Virus record (IMG/VR): IMGVR_UViG_3300031369_000001
Span: 38,615-102,614 of that record
Reading direction: 5' to 3' (one strand)
From: a virus
Length of the DNA: 64,000 nucleotides
Position 1 is the first letter of the stretch; every line of letters starts with the position of its first letter. Below the pieces are notes generated by a model that was not told where the DNA came from, ran no database searches, and saw only the letters and a list, made by a program, of their open reading frames with translations. Of the stretch, positions 8,519-17,197 are shown in pieces. The position numbers were made by a program, and so were the translations under genes.

Positions 8519-11500
8519 TTATTATGCCGTTAACTCCTGATCAAATATTAGAAATCCAAGATATAATTGAATTACATCATAATGCATTTATAGCTAATAC
8601 AATTGGTCATGATGCGTTACCTGATGAAGTAATTGATGAATTACGAGATAAAGGATTATTGAATAAAGAATCTAAAGACCTTATTAAGAAGATATATGAA
8701 TACGGTCAAGTGCTTGGTAAATTGAATAGTCCCCAAGCTTCACAGATGTCCTATAATAGATTTGAAGATTATATTCAAAAAAATCCACAACCGTTAACGC
8801 AAATGCAACAACGAGCTGTTCGTATGGCCCAAGTGAATGCCGGTCAGTATTGTATGGGATTAGGAAATATAATTGAAAAAGATACGGGAAGAACTTTAAT
8901 AGAAGCAGATCAAAGATTTAGAATTGCATATGAGGATAAAATAAAAAATCTTACTGCTTTAAATGCTGCAAGAAGAGAGAGTATTGAAAAGCTTAGAAGT
9001 GATTTAGGTTGGTCTACAGGGGATTGGGCTAGGGATATGAAACGAATTGCTGTAACTGAAATAATGTATTCAACGCAGCAAGGACAAGCGGATTACCTTA
9101 GAAAGAAATATGGAGAAGATGTTTTTGTTGCACGTATTCCTAATCCAGGGGCGTGTAAGCATTGTATTCGTTTACATATTGGTCCAGATGGGCAGCCTAG
9201 AATATTTAAATTATCTACTTTAGAGGAACATGGTAGTAACGTAGGACGAAAACAAAATGATTGGCAAGCTGTAGTTGGCCCAGTTCATCCTAATTGTGTA
9301 TGCAACATGATTAGTGTTCCAAAGGGATGGGGATTCAATGAAGAAGGAGACTTGCTTCCAGGAGGTAAGTTAGGGGAAATATATTATGAACCAGAAGAAT
9401 TAGAAAGGGCTTTAATTGAAGAAAATCTTTTTTATAAATCTTTAAAGGCTAAGGTTAATATAGTTTTCCAAGGAATTCCTATTGTTATTGAAACTCCAAA
9501 AGGAGATAAGCGAAAATGGATTAATGGAGATGGTTCGATAGGGGAAACCATTATGCAGGAAGCTTCTTATGGATTCGTAAAAAATACTACTTCTATGGAT
9601 GAAGAAGAATTAGATGTATTCGTTGGACCATTTAAAGATTCACCTGTAGTTTATATAATTGATCAAAAGAATCCGGATAATGAACTATATGATGAACAGA
9701 AATGTATGCTTGGTTTTCGAAATGAAGAACATGCATTAAATGTATATAGAATGAATTACGATAATCCAGATAAATTTATTTATGACTGTAGTTCGATGGA
9801 TATAGAAGCCTTTAAGAGATGGTGTGGGATAGGTATTATTCGAGAAGAAATATATAAAGCCTTATTCATAGGACCTAAAGGTGGTAAATGGGCAAATGCT
9901 GAACATACCATACCTTATCAAGATCCTAGTTTAGCAATGAGAAATAAAGCTAGTAATTTTTATGATGGATTGATTAGTTGGGTAAAGGATAATAAAGATA
10001 ATTTACAATTTGATTCAAATGGAAATGTTTATATACAGGCAAATCAATTTACAAATGATAAAAATTTATCGCATTTACATATACTGATTACTCCTAAAGG
10101 AGTTTTTAGAGGCAATGGTATTGGTAAAACTAGTGATGGGAAAGATGTATTAGTGTTAACTAATTTAAGAAATCCATATGATACTACTTATTTAGACACT
10201 AGAATAACTAGTAGAGTTATTATACACGAAATATCTCATTATCTTAATGCTGGATACGATAAAGTTCATAATATAGTAACTGAGCATGGTAAAGAATATT
10301 ATAATCAATCTGTCGAATTTGATGCATTTTGGAATGAAGGTGCTGGGGAATTGGAAAGATTTATTCGTAATTTTAAAGACACAAATCAACATCATATATT
10401 TGAAAGGATAGTAGGAAATTCTCCTGATTTTAAGTACTTTAATAGTAAAGTAAAATCTTTTTGGGATAAAACCTTTTTGAATAGTTTAACAGAAGCTAAT
10501 AAGAAAAAATTTGATAAAAGATTATATAGATTATGGGATGATTTAAAAAGCAATATCTATAAATCTAATTACGATTTATCCCCTGGTCCAGGTTCTGGAT
10601 TGAATTTCTTTTTAGGTACTAATGTAAATAAACCGAATAGTGGAGGAACTATTCGATATAAAGAAGTATTGGAATTAGGTAAAGAGGAATTAGAAAAACG
10701 TAAAAAGCAAAAAGGTAATAAAGGTATTTACGGGGATATAGAGGATTATCAATTTGGCGAAAACATTATACCGGTTAAAGAATTGATAATTCCTGAGACC
10801 GTAAAAGAGTCTAAGAAAGAAGCACGGAAGAAAAATAAGGATGTGAATAAATTTGTACTTACTAGAAGATTAAAATGGAAAAAAGGAAATGTAAATAATT
10901 TAAATAAATCATTGTTCATTGGTCCACGTGGAGGTAAATGGGCTGATTCAGAACATACTATACCTTGGAAAGAAGAAGTATCAACAAATGGTAAATTTGT
11001 TGATACTAACGATAGTGCTTTAAGTAACGTATTGGCGGAATTGTTGGGAAAAAATATTCATTTAGAAAAAGTTAGGGAAACAGATAAAGAGTTGTTTTAT
11101 AGAGGGGGTAAGGAGTTACTTATTGGTGCTAAGAAGCTAATTAATGCTTTAAAAAATAAAGGATTTAAGGTAGAAATAATTCCGCAAGGAAAGAACCTTC
11201 CTATAGTTGTTTTGAATAAGCCAATAAAAAAAGAACCAATAAAGAAAGAACCAATAAAGAAAGAACCAATAAAGAAAGAACCAATAAAGAAAGAACCAAT
11301 AAAGCTATCCAGTGATGAAGTTATAAAACAAGATAAAGTTTTAAAGGATAAAAAGATTTTTAACAAATTAAGTAGTGATTATGTTAATAGGATTAATAAT
11401 ATTTACAAAGTATTAAAAGACGATAAAGATTTTAAATACTTTGTAAAATCTATTGGTCATACTAATGTAAAAGATACTATTGAATACTTAATTAATAAAT

Positions 11501-12069
11501 GGAATGAGACAGGAAGTGACCATGATATACATTTAATTATTTTACAAAAAGCTGCGATGGATGAGTTTGGATTGGATAGTGGGACGATTAAACATTTTGA
11601 TAAGAAGTTATTAAATAAGGTACATAAAATACCTAAAACTGTTATGGGGGCAAGAAAATTTATAAGAGCGCAGTATAGTCTTACACAAGAATATCTAAAA
11701 AAACAGGGGATATCGGAAATTATTCTGTTTAGAGGAATGCAACTTAAAAAGATTAAAAGTGATGGTAGGTCTAAAGAGATTGAAGTTACTTCCCAACCTC
11801 TATCTTCTTGGTCTACTTCTTTTTCAGAGGCTAAAGATTTTTCTGTAAGGGGGGCAGTTGGTAGTTCTTCTTTTTCTAGTGTTTTATTGTCTAAAAAAGT
11901 TCCTATAGAACAAATATTTTCTATACCAAAGGTTGGTATAGGTGAAAGTGATGAACAAGAATGCGTTTTACTTGGAAATAAGAAAGATCCTGAAAAAGTG
12001 ATTTCTTTAGCTGCTGATTATCATTATATGTATAATATTAATGTAAAACAATTATATGGAGAAAAGTAA
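8515..12069 (+). CDS. MuF/gp7 head morphogenesis polyvalent protein: MuF + pyrophosphatase-like + zincin + R-S-E ADP-ribosyltransferase
   Basis: MuF: RIAVTE, ACKHC, PVHPNCVC. PPase-like: IETPKG..R, YGFV..T.SMDEEELDVFVGP, DEQKCMLGF. Zincin: HEISH...EFDA. ART: LFRG, SSWSTS, ESDEQE. Confidence 0.82.
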   Translation: MIIMPLTPDQILEIQDIIELHHNAFIANTIGHDALPDEVIDELRDKGLLNKESKDLIKKIYEYGQVLGKLNSPQASQMSYNRFEDYIQKNPQPLTQMQQRAVRMAQVNAGQYCMGLGNIIEKDTGRTLIEADQRFRIAYEDKIKNLTALNAARRESIEKLRSDLGWSTGDWARDMKRIAVTEIMYSTQQGQADYLRKKYGEDVFVARIPNPGACKHCIRLHIGPDGQPRIFKLSTLEEHGSNVGRKQNDWQAVVGPVHPNCVCNMISVPKGWGFNEEGDLLPGGKLGEIYYEPEELERALIEENLFYKSLKAKVNIVFQGIPIVIETPKGDKRKWINGDGSIGETIMQEASYGFVKNTTSMDEEELDVFVGPFKDSPVVYIIDQKNPDNELYDEQKCMLGFRNEEHALNVYRMNYDNPDKFIYDCSSMDIEAFKRWCGIGIIREEIYKALFIGPKGGKWANAEHTIPYQDPSLAMRNKASNFYDGLISWVKDNKDNLQFDSNGNVYIQANQFTNDKNLSHLHILITPKGVFRGNGIGKTSDGKDVLVLTNLRNPYDTTYLDTRITSRVIIHEISHYLNAGYDKVHNIVTEHGKEYYNQSVEFDAFWNEGAGELERFIRNFKDTNQHHIFERIVGNSPDFKYFNSKVKSFWDKTFLNSLTEANKKKFDKRLYRLWDDLKSNIYKSNYDLSPGPGSGLNFFLGTNVNKPNSGGTIRYKEVLELGKEELEKRKKQKGNKGIYGDIEDYQFGENIIPVKELIIPETVKESKKEARKKNKDVNKFVLTRRLKWKKGNVNNLNKSLFIGPRGGKWADSEHTIPWKEEVSTNGKFVDTNDSALSNVLAELLGKNIHLEKVRETDKELFYRGGKELLIGAKKLINALKNKGFKVEIIPQGKNLPIVVLNKPIKKEPIKKEPIKKEPIKKEPIKKEPIKLSSDEVIKQDKVLKDKKIFNKLSSDYVNRINNIYKVLKDDKDFKYFVKSIGHTNVKDTIEYLINKWNETGSDHDIHLIILQKAAMDEFGLDSGTIKHFDKKLLNKVHKIPKTVMGARKFIRAQYSLTQEYLKKQGISEIILFRGMQLKKIKSDGRSKEIEVTSQPLSSWSTSFSEAKDFSVRGAVGSSSFSSVLLSKKVPIEQIFSIPKVGIGESDEQECVLLGNKKDPEKVISLAADYHYMYNINVKQLYGEK
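9851..9923 (+). repeat. Tag repeat B2
   Basis: Identical to 5418-5490. Confidence 0.95.
10915..10980 (+). repeat. Tag repeat A2
   Basis: 3 mismatches to 2300-2365. Confidence 0.95.
11221..11303 (+). repeat. 15-nt tandem repeat encoding a (PIKKE)x5 linker
   Basis: ccaataaaRaaagaa repeated. Confidence 0.95.
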
Positions 12070-12284
12070 TGGTAATTAATATTGATGAAGATTTAATAAA
12101 TTCTGATTGGTTAAAAAGTAAATGGAATTTACCTCCATATAAAAGCTTTAAATTTATGGAGATATTGCATAGAGATAAAAAATCTTTAGATCAGTTTAAG
12201 CAATTACCTGTATATAAATGGGCAGTTAAAAATGGATTAATTAAAGATGATGAATGGACAGGTAGTGTAAATGAAGTGCCCTAA
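12069..12284 (+). CDS. Small protein, candidate immunity partner of the ART domain
   Basis: TAATG-coupled directly after the MuF-ART gene; function inferred from position only. Confidence 0.5.
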   Translation: MVINIDEDLINSDWLKSKWNLPPYKSFKFMEILHRDKKSLDQFKQLPVYKWAVKNGLIKDDEWTGSVNEVP

Positions 12285-12471
12285 TTGTCGTAATCAAATA
12301 ATCCAAAGAACTGATGATGGATTTAAATTACACGTAAAGGGGAGGATTATTTGGAAAGGAGATATATGTGAATCTAAATGTTATTGGTGTGGCGAACCCA
12401 TTAAAGTGGCGTTGCCAGTTGATTTATCCAAAGCTATTAGGGGGAAAGAGCGTTATGTCATTAAGCGCTAA
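12271..12471 (+). CDS. Zinc-ribbon protein (Mu Com-like)
   Basis: MKCPNC...KCYWC. Confidence 0.55.
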   Translation: MKCPNCRNQIIQRTDDGFKLHVKGRIIWKGDICESKCYWCGEPIKVALPVDLSKAIRGKERYVIKR

Positions 12472-12782
12472 TTGATTAGATATGTAGCGTCTCCCATCTC
12501 ATACGTTAAAATGAATTGTAGTACGGCGGCTTCAGTGTTAAATTGATTATATAGTTCTTTAACGCTACTTTGATTGTCAATTTGGCTTTTAATCTCCATT
12601 AAACTATTTTCGTGGTAAAATGAAGAAATGAATGTATGTGGGAGTCTATATCCAATACCTAAGTATAGTGTATGGATACAAAATAGATATAGCAAATCTT
12701 CATTTGACAGATAGATTCCTTCTTCTAAATCTTTCATGAGTTTTCGTGCTTTTTCGATTGACGATATTTTTTTATTTTTCAT
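12468..12782 (-). CDS. Hypothetical protein
   Basis: GGAGG RBS; last gene of leftward operon. Confidence 0.6.
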   Translation of the reverse strand: MKNKKISSIEKARKLMKDLEEGIYLSNEDLLYLFCIHTLYLGIGYRLPHTFISSFYHENSLMEIKSQIDNQSSVKELYNQFNTEAAVLQFILTYEMGDATYLIN

Positions 12783-13020
12783 TTTTGGCCTCCATATTTG
12801 TTTTTAGGTTGTTTATATTCCATTGTTGTTCCGTTTCCCTTCTCATTTTATCTATTTCTTCTGAATAGATAACTTTGAAAATTGTTTCTTTTGATTCATA
12901 TTCGTTTAGCCCCATACAGGCAGGGCACCGAATTATCCATTTACACGTTAAATCCTTATGGTTCGCCCACAAGTATGAAAATGGAGGTTTGTTGTGCTTT
13001 TTACAGTTATTCAGTTTCAT
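12772..13020 (-). CDS. Lar-like zinc-ribbon protein
   Basis: CKKH...IRCPAC...QQWN. Confidence 0.5.
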   Translation of the reverse strand: MKLNNCKKHNKPPFSYLWANHKDLTCKWIIRCPACMGLNEYESKETIFKVIYSEEIDKMRRETEQQWNINNLKTNMEAKNEK

Positions 13021-13246
13021 AGCTCATATTATTCCAAAAAAAGATAACACGATCTACATCTTCTTTATGATTACTAAATATTTCTGAATAATTTGTGTAT
13101 TGGAAATATTCTTTAATTGATATAGATGGTCCACGCATTAAGCACGACGGACATATTACGAATATATTTGTGCATGCTGGATTGATTATTTGGTAATCTA
13201 ATACTGGGTCGCTTTGACAAAATTGACATCTATTTATTTTTTTCAT
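13007..13246 (-). CDS. Lar (restriction alleviation)-like zinc-ribbon protein
   Basis: RCQFC...VICPSCLMRGP...FFWN; AAGGAG RBS. Confidence 0.6.
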   Translation of the reverse strand: MKKINRCQFCQSDPVLDYQIINPACTNIFVICPSCLMRGPSISIKEYFQYTNYSEIFSNHKEDVDRVIFFWNNMSYETE

Positions 13247-13249
13247 GAA

Positions 13250-13600
13250 TTACTCCTTATAATTTGGAAAATAATATTCGTCTTCTTCTCCTTGCGGATA
13301 AAAATCTGCGAAAGGTCTTCGATTGCCATTTTTTAGGGTGTTTTTTAGACACAATTTAATGTCTGCTATTCGATCGCATAGTGAATAGATATATGTAAAA
13401 TCATAGAATTGTTGTTTTGTTAATCCGTTTTGCAATTCATTTTTGTTTCGACAAGGTGGTATTCCCCAATCTCCATACAAACAACGATCACTTAGCCTAT
13501 ATGCGCGAATTATCTCTTCGAGGCATTCTATGTATTCTCCTGCTAAAAAAAGAATACCCGCCCCTTTTATCGTTTCTTCTAGATCGTTTAGTTTAGTCAT
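13250..13600 (-). CDS. Hypothetical protein
   Basis: ORF in coupled leftward operon. Confidence 0.6.
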   Translation of the reverse strand: MTKLNDLEETIKGAGILFLAGEYIECLEEIIRAYRLSDRCLYGDWGIPPCRNKNELQNGLTKQQFYDFTYIYSLCDRIADIKLCLKNTLKNGNRRPFADFYPQGEEDEYYFPNYKE

Positions 13601-13862
13601 TTACCTGCTTCTCCTTGAAAAATGTTTTGATTTGGTTTTGGATTTGTTTACGATATTGTCCCCATGAATGGAAACAACCGTTTGCCCATTTTCTATTGGT
13701 AACTAGGTTGTCAATTATTATATTGGGATACGATCCTTTTTTTGGCCTACGGTTACTATATAGGACCATTTGATCTTTATAGATAACTGTATATCGATAT
13801 CTTTCTATATCTGGTGCCAGTAAGACATCGTATATGATGTCATTCATTGATCTTCTAGACAT
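13593..13862 (-). CDS. Hypothetical protein (start moved to MSRRSM)
   Basis: TAAGGA RBS before ATG at 13862. Confidence 0.55.
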   Translation of the reverse strand: MSRRSMNDIIYDVLLAPDIERYRYTVIYKDQMVLYSNRRPKKGSYPNIIIDNLVTNRKWANGCFHSWGQYRKQIQNQIKTFFKEKQVND

Positions 13863-13875
13863 GATTGTTTTGTCC

Positions 13876-14109
13876 TTATTTTGGGATATTGAATTTAATG
13901 TAATCTTTATGAAATACACCTACACTATACCGTAAACTATCTAATGCTCGTTGGTAGGAAAGATCATAATTTGCTGGACGTATATTACTAGTGTCATATA
14001 GGTATATAGCGTCTGCTAATGCTATTCTGGCAGATGATTCCATTTCTGGGAGCATTGCGATATGTTTTCGACAGGCGATGAATAATTTTTGTATATTACG
14101 TTTTTTCAT
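13876..14109 (-). CDS. Hypothetical protein (start moved to MKKRNIQ)
   Basis: TAAGGAGG RBS upstream of ATG at 14109. Confidence 0.65.
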   Translation of the reverse strand: MKKRNIQKLFIACRKHIAMLPEMESSARIALADAIYLYDTSNIRPANYDLSYQRALDSLRYSVGVFHKDYIKFNIPK

Positions 14110-14137
14110 TTTAATGGCCTCCTTACCTATAAACCTA

Positions 14138-14153
14138 TGCGAATAGTGTGCCA
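14138..14153 (-). promoter_or_regulatory. Sigma54 -24/-12 promoter, leftward
   Basis: Minus strand TGGCACactatTCGCA: GG-N10-GC, just upstream of the RBS of the leftward operon. Confidence 0.7.
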
Positions 14154-14442
14154 AAAATTAAAAGTATTGATATGTTTAGGTTTTATTAAAAAGTGGTATT
14201 AGTGTCTAAAAGTTCAAAAATAGAAGTTTTAGGTAAAAGCTAATGATTTTAAGTACTTAACTTTTTATATACTATTACTTTTTTGCGTATTTCTATATAA
14301 AATATGCATAGTTTATTAAATGGTTGTTTTACTTAAGTTTCTAGTGGTAAAATCTTAAAAATGTGGTTTAGCTATGCAAAGTTTTCATAAAGCATTTAAC
14401 TCCTATATTTATAAGTATTTGAATTTGTTAGATTTAAATATT

Positions 14443-14458
14443 TGGCACACCGTTTGCA
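14443..14458 (+). promoter_or_regulatory. Sigma54 -24/-12 promoter, rightward
   Basis: TGGCACaccgtTTGCA: near consensus, GG-N10-GC, about 55 nt before ATG 14513. Confidence 0.78.
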
Positions 14459-14512
14459 TTACCTTAGGGGTAGGAATGCGAAAAGCCGCAGCAAAGATAA
14501 AGGAGATATAAG

Positions 14513-14806
14513 ATGGTAAAATTAATACAGGACAATCTTTGGTTTTGTGACGACTGTTATATCGTGGCTGAAACAGGAGACACGTCATCTTTTGACTATT
14601 ATTACGGGCCTAAGGCGGAAGATAGAATACAAGAGATAGAGAAAGAATTATCTCTTTACGAAAAAGAAGGCCACATTGTTTCGGATAATGACTCTGAAAC
14701 GGGTGAAGGTATTGAAGAATTCTCGCATCGATACTGTGATTGTTGTGGCACAGGATTGGCAGGGGGACGGCACCGTATGGTATTATTGGGGAATAACAAA
14801 CAATAG
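14513..14806 (+). CDS. Acidic zinc-binding hypothetical protein
   Basis: AAGGAG RBS; CDDC...CDCCG. Confidence 0.7.
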   Translation: MVKLIQDNLWFCDDCYIVAETGDTSSFDYYYGPKAEDRIQEIEKELSLYEKEGHIVSDNDSETGEGIEEFSHRYCDCCGTGLAGGRHRMVLLGNNKQ

Positions 14807-14824
14807 GAAAAGAAAGGAAAGAAA

Positions 14825-15592
14825 ATGACACCTCACGACAAAGTTGTTGAAATGTGCGGAAATTTTGACGAAAAATCAAAAGAAGATTTGGCCATCAGAG
14901 CCGAACGACAACGGGAACGAGCTAACAAATGGATGGAACGTTATTTTCTCCTACGTGCAACATTAGAGCGTCAATTGGTTGAGCAAAAAAATGACGGTGA
15001 ATTGCGCATAGCAGCTGCGATAGATGAATTGCAAAAAGGTGGTGAAAAATTTAACATTGAAATTGAGAAAATTAGAAAAGAGCTTTTTGCTGCTAGGCAA
15101 GAAACGCGCAAAATACGTGGGGAAAAAATTGAGGCTTATGAAAATGGGTGTAAAGAGGGATTTAAGCGGGCTCAAGAAAAATTTGCGCGTGAAATACGTA
15201 TCGGTAAACGAGAAATCGCTCGTCAACGTAAAGAGCGTATTAGAATCAAAATCCATGCATTGTTGTGGGAGAGTGTCACTGGTATAGATGCTAATGGCGA
15301 TTTAATTGACTGGGTTCGGCGTGCCATTAAGCGTCAAATTGACGCTCCAAATCATGTCGATGTTGTTGTTATTGAGGGTTCAAAAAAGCGAGAGAATAGT
15401 CAGCCAAAATTAGTCGGCAATTCAGGTTATTCCACAACCCCCTCGGGAAAAACAATCGTGAATTATCCAGGCGCATATGGCTGGAGTACAGTGTATCATC
15501 GCTCAACAGAACGAGTAGAAGTTGGGCGTAACTGGATTCGTAAAAATATTTATTATCTCGCAAAGTCTGAGGCGGAGATGAAGATAAAGTAA
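14825..15592 (+). CDS. Coiled-coil hypothetical protein
   Basis: 255-aa ORF with RBS. Confidence 0.7.
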   Translation: MTPHDKVVEMCGNFDEKSKEDLAIRAERQRERANKWMERYFLLRATLERQLVEQKNDGELRIAAAIDELQKGGEKFNIEIEKIRKELFAARQETRKIRGEKIEAYENGCKEGFKRAQEKFAREIRIGKREIARQRKERIRIKIHALLWESVTGIDANGDLIDWVRRAIKRQIDAPNHVDVVVIEGSKKRENSQPKLVGNSGYSTTPSGKTIVNYPGAYGWSTVYHRSTERVEVGRNWIRKNIYYLAKSEAEMKIK

Positions 15593-15593
15593 T

Positions 15594-15647
15594 TTTTGTT
15601 TTCGGTACTACACACAAAATTATTTGTGTGTAGGATCGAGCACAAAA
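15594..15647 (+). promoter_or_regulatory. Long intergenic hairpin (processing site or terminator)
   Basis: ctacacacaaa/tttgtgtgtag 11-bp core with extended outer pairing. Confidence 0.45.
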
Positions 15648-15671
15648 GCTCGTAAGAAAAGGGGGATTTAA

Positions 15672-16016
15672 ATGGAAAAAAGAATGACATTGGAAGAAAA
15701 AATCAAAGAAATACAAGGTAAAGTTGATAGTAGTGCGCGGGTTTTGGCGTTTCAACGTGCTAAAACAAAAGCTAGTATGTATCAATACAAAGTCCAAGTT
15801 CCTTATACAATTATTACACAAAATGATCCTTTTGCTATTGCACAAGCGCTTAGATTGCACACAATGCAAGAAGTAATTTCTCTTGAATCTTTGTATGCAT
15901 CTAGACCACATCATTTTGTTCAAATAATTACGGATAGGGCCAAATTAGCAGATCAAATAGAGAAATGTGTTTCTGTAAAAGAGGCTCGCAAACTATTGAT
16001 GGACAATTATACGTAG
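15672..16016 (+). CDS. Hypothetical protein
   Basis: ORF with G-rich RBS. Confidence 0.65.
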   Translation: MEKRMTLEEKIKEIQGKVDSSARVLAFQRAKTKASMYQYKVQVPYTIITQNDPFAIAQALRLHTMQEVISLESLYASRPHHFVQIITDRAKLADQIEKCVSVKEARKLLMDNYT

Positions 16017-16027
16017 GAGGTTAGGTA

Positions 16028-16255
16028 ATGAATATCGAGACTAAAATAAATATTAATTATACAGTTACTGTGTCTAATAGATTTCGTAGAGCGGTTAATG
16101 CCTGGTATGGAAAAGTAGGCTTAGCTACTAATCGTCAAATTGTTAATTGGTTTAAAATGTATGGGGAATCTAATAGTGATGCAGTAATGGAGCATTTAGC
16201 GATTATAGAATTGGAAAATAGAAATAAAAAATGTAGGAGGAATAATGCAAGTTGA
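16028..16255 (+). CDS. Hypothetical protein
   Basis: AGGAGG RBS. Confidence 0.65.
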   Translation: MNIETKININYTVTVSNRFRRAVNAWYGKVGLATNRQIVNWFKMYGESNSDAVMEHLAIIELENRNKKCRRNNAS

Positions 16256-16454
16256 AATAAAAAATAAAGAAGATGTTCGTACATATTTAATAGATGAATA
16301 TTGTATGGATGATATGGAATGTTCTCAATTTTTAAACTGCATTAATGATAATTTAATTAGAGCTATATCTTCTAGTCATGTGTCTATTATAGATTTTGTG
16401 GATGCCATGGTTAAATGGGGGAATATAAAAGTAATACGTTGTATAGGTATTTAA
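16245..16454 (+). CDS. Hypothetical protein
   Basis: AGGAGG RBS. Confidence 0.6.
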   Translation: MQVEIKNKEDVRTYLIDEYCMDDMECSQFLNCINDNLIRAISSSHVSIIDFVDAMVKWGNIKVIRCIGI

Positions 16455-16593
16455 ATACTATAATACCTTTGTTTTTTTCTTTGTTTTTCTAAACTTTTGT
16501 GGTAGGGCATAATAAGGAAGTCAAAATGCCGGTAAAATTTGATGATGAAGAAGCAGTTTGTGGCGATTAACAGCAAGGAGGTTATTGGTGAAA

Positions 16594-16806
16594 ATGATGA
16601 AAAGAGTAGCAATTAAAGATCCTTATTTTTCATTAAAATGGGAAATTTTCCAATTGCCGGAAGAACAGCAAACGAAGTGGGAATTGATGTATGAGGTGTC
16701 AGGTGGCTCACTTCTTTTTGAACGGATTCATGTTCTTTACCCACGTAAAATAAAGAATTTGGTAAAGGTAATTGATATCCTTTACGAGAAAATGGAAAGA
16801 GAATAG
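16594..16806 (+). CDS. Hypothetical protein (start moved to MMKRVAIK; GTG 16588 also possible)
   Basis: AAGGAGG upstream. Confidence 0.55.
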   Translation: MMKRVAIKDPYFSLKWEIFQLPEEQQTKWELMYEVSGGSLLFERIHVLYPRKIKNLVKVIDILYEKMERE

Positions 16807-16816
16807 GAGGTTTTTC

Positions 16817-17197
16817 ATGGAGAAGAAAAGAATTTTGGTAGTAGATGACGATCCATTAATTTGTAAAATGATTAAACGTTGCATAAGAATTTTTATTAAA
16901 TATCCTATATTAAAAGTGAAATGGGCATTTAGTGTTAGGCAAGCTATAAAGACTATAGATAACAGTCATAAAAAATATAGTCTAGTGATTACTGATTGGG
17001 ATTGTTCCCAAGAGAATGATGGATTTAAAGTTGTTTCTTGTGCATTGGGGAATGGTATCCATTGTATTGTGTACACAGGTGATTCTTTATCTGCAAAATG
17101 TTTTTTAAAGAATTATGGAATAGAAATACCCATTATTGACAAAGTAGCTGATATTACGAAATTAATGGAGGTTATAAATGGAATTATCATTAGATGA
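16817..17197 (+). CDS. Stand-alone response regulator receiver (CheY-like) domain
   Basis: RILVVDDD, phospho-Asp in VITDWD, VYTG, IDK; AGGAGG RBS before ATG 16817. Confidence 0.85.
   Translation: MEKKRILVVDDDPLICKMIKRCIRIFIKYPILKVKWAFSVRQAIKTIDNSHKKYSLVITDWDCSQENDGFKVVSCALGNGIHCIVYTGDSLSAKCFLKNYGIEIPIIDKVADITKLMEVINGIIIR

Noticed and set aside
2300-10980. Repeat pairs as DGR template/variable regions
   Set aside because: Mismatches are C/T, not adenine-specific; one pair is identical; no reverse transcriptase in the window
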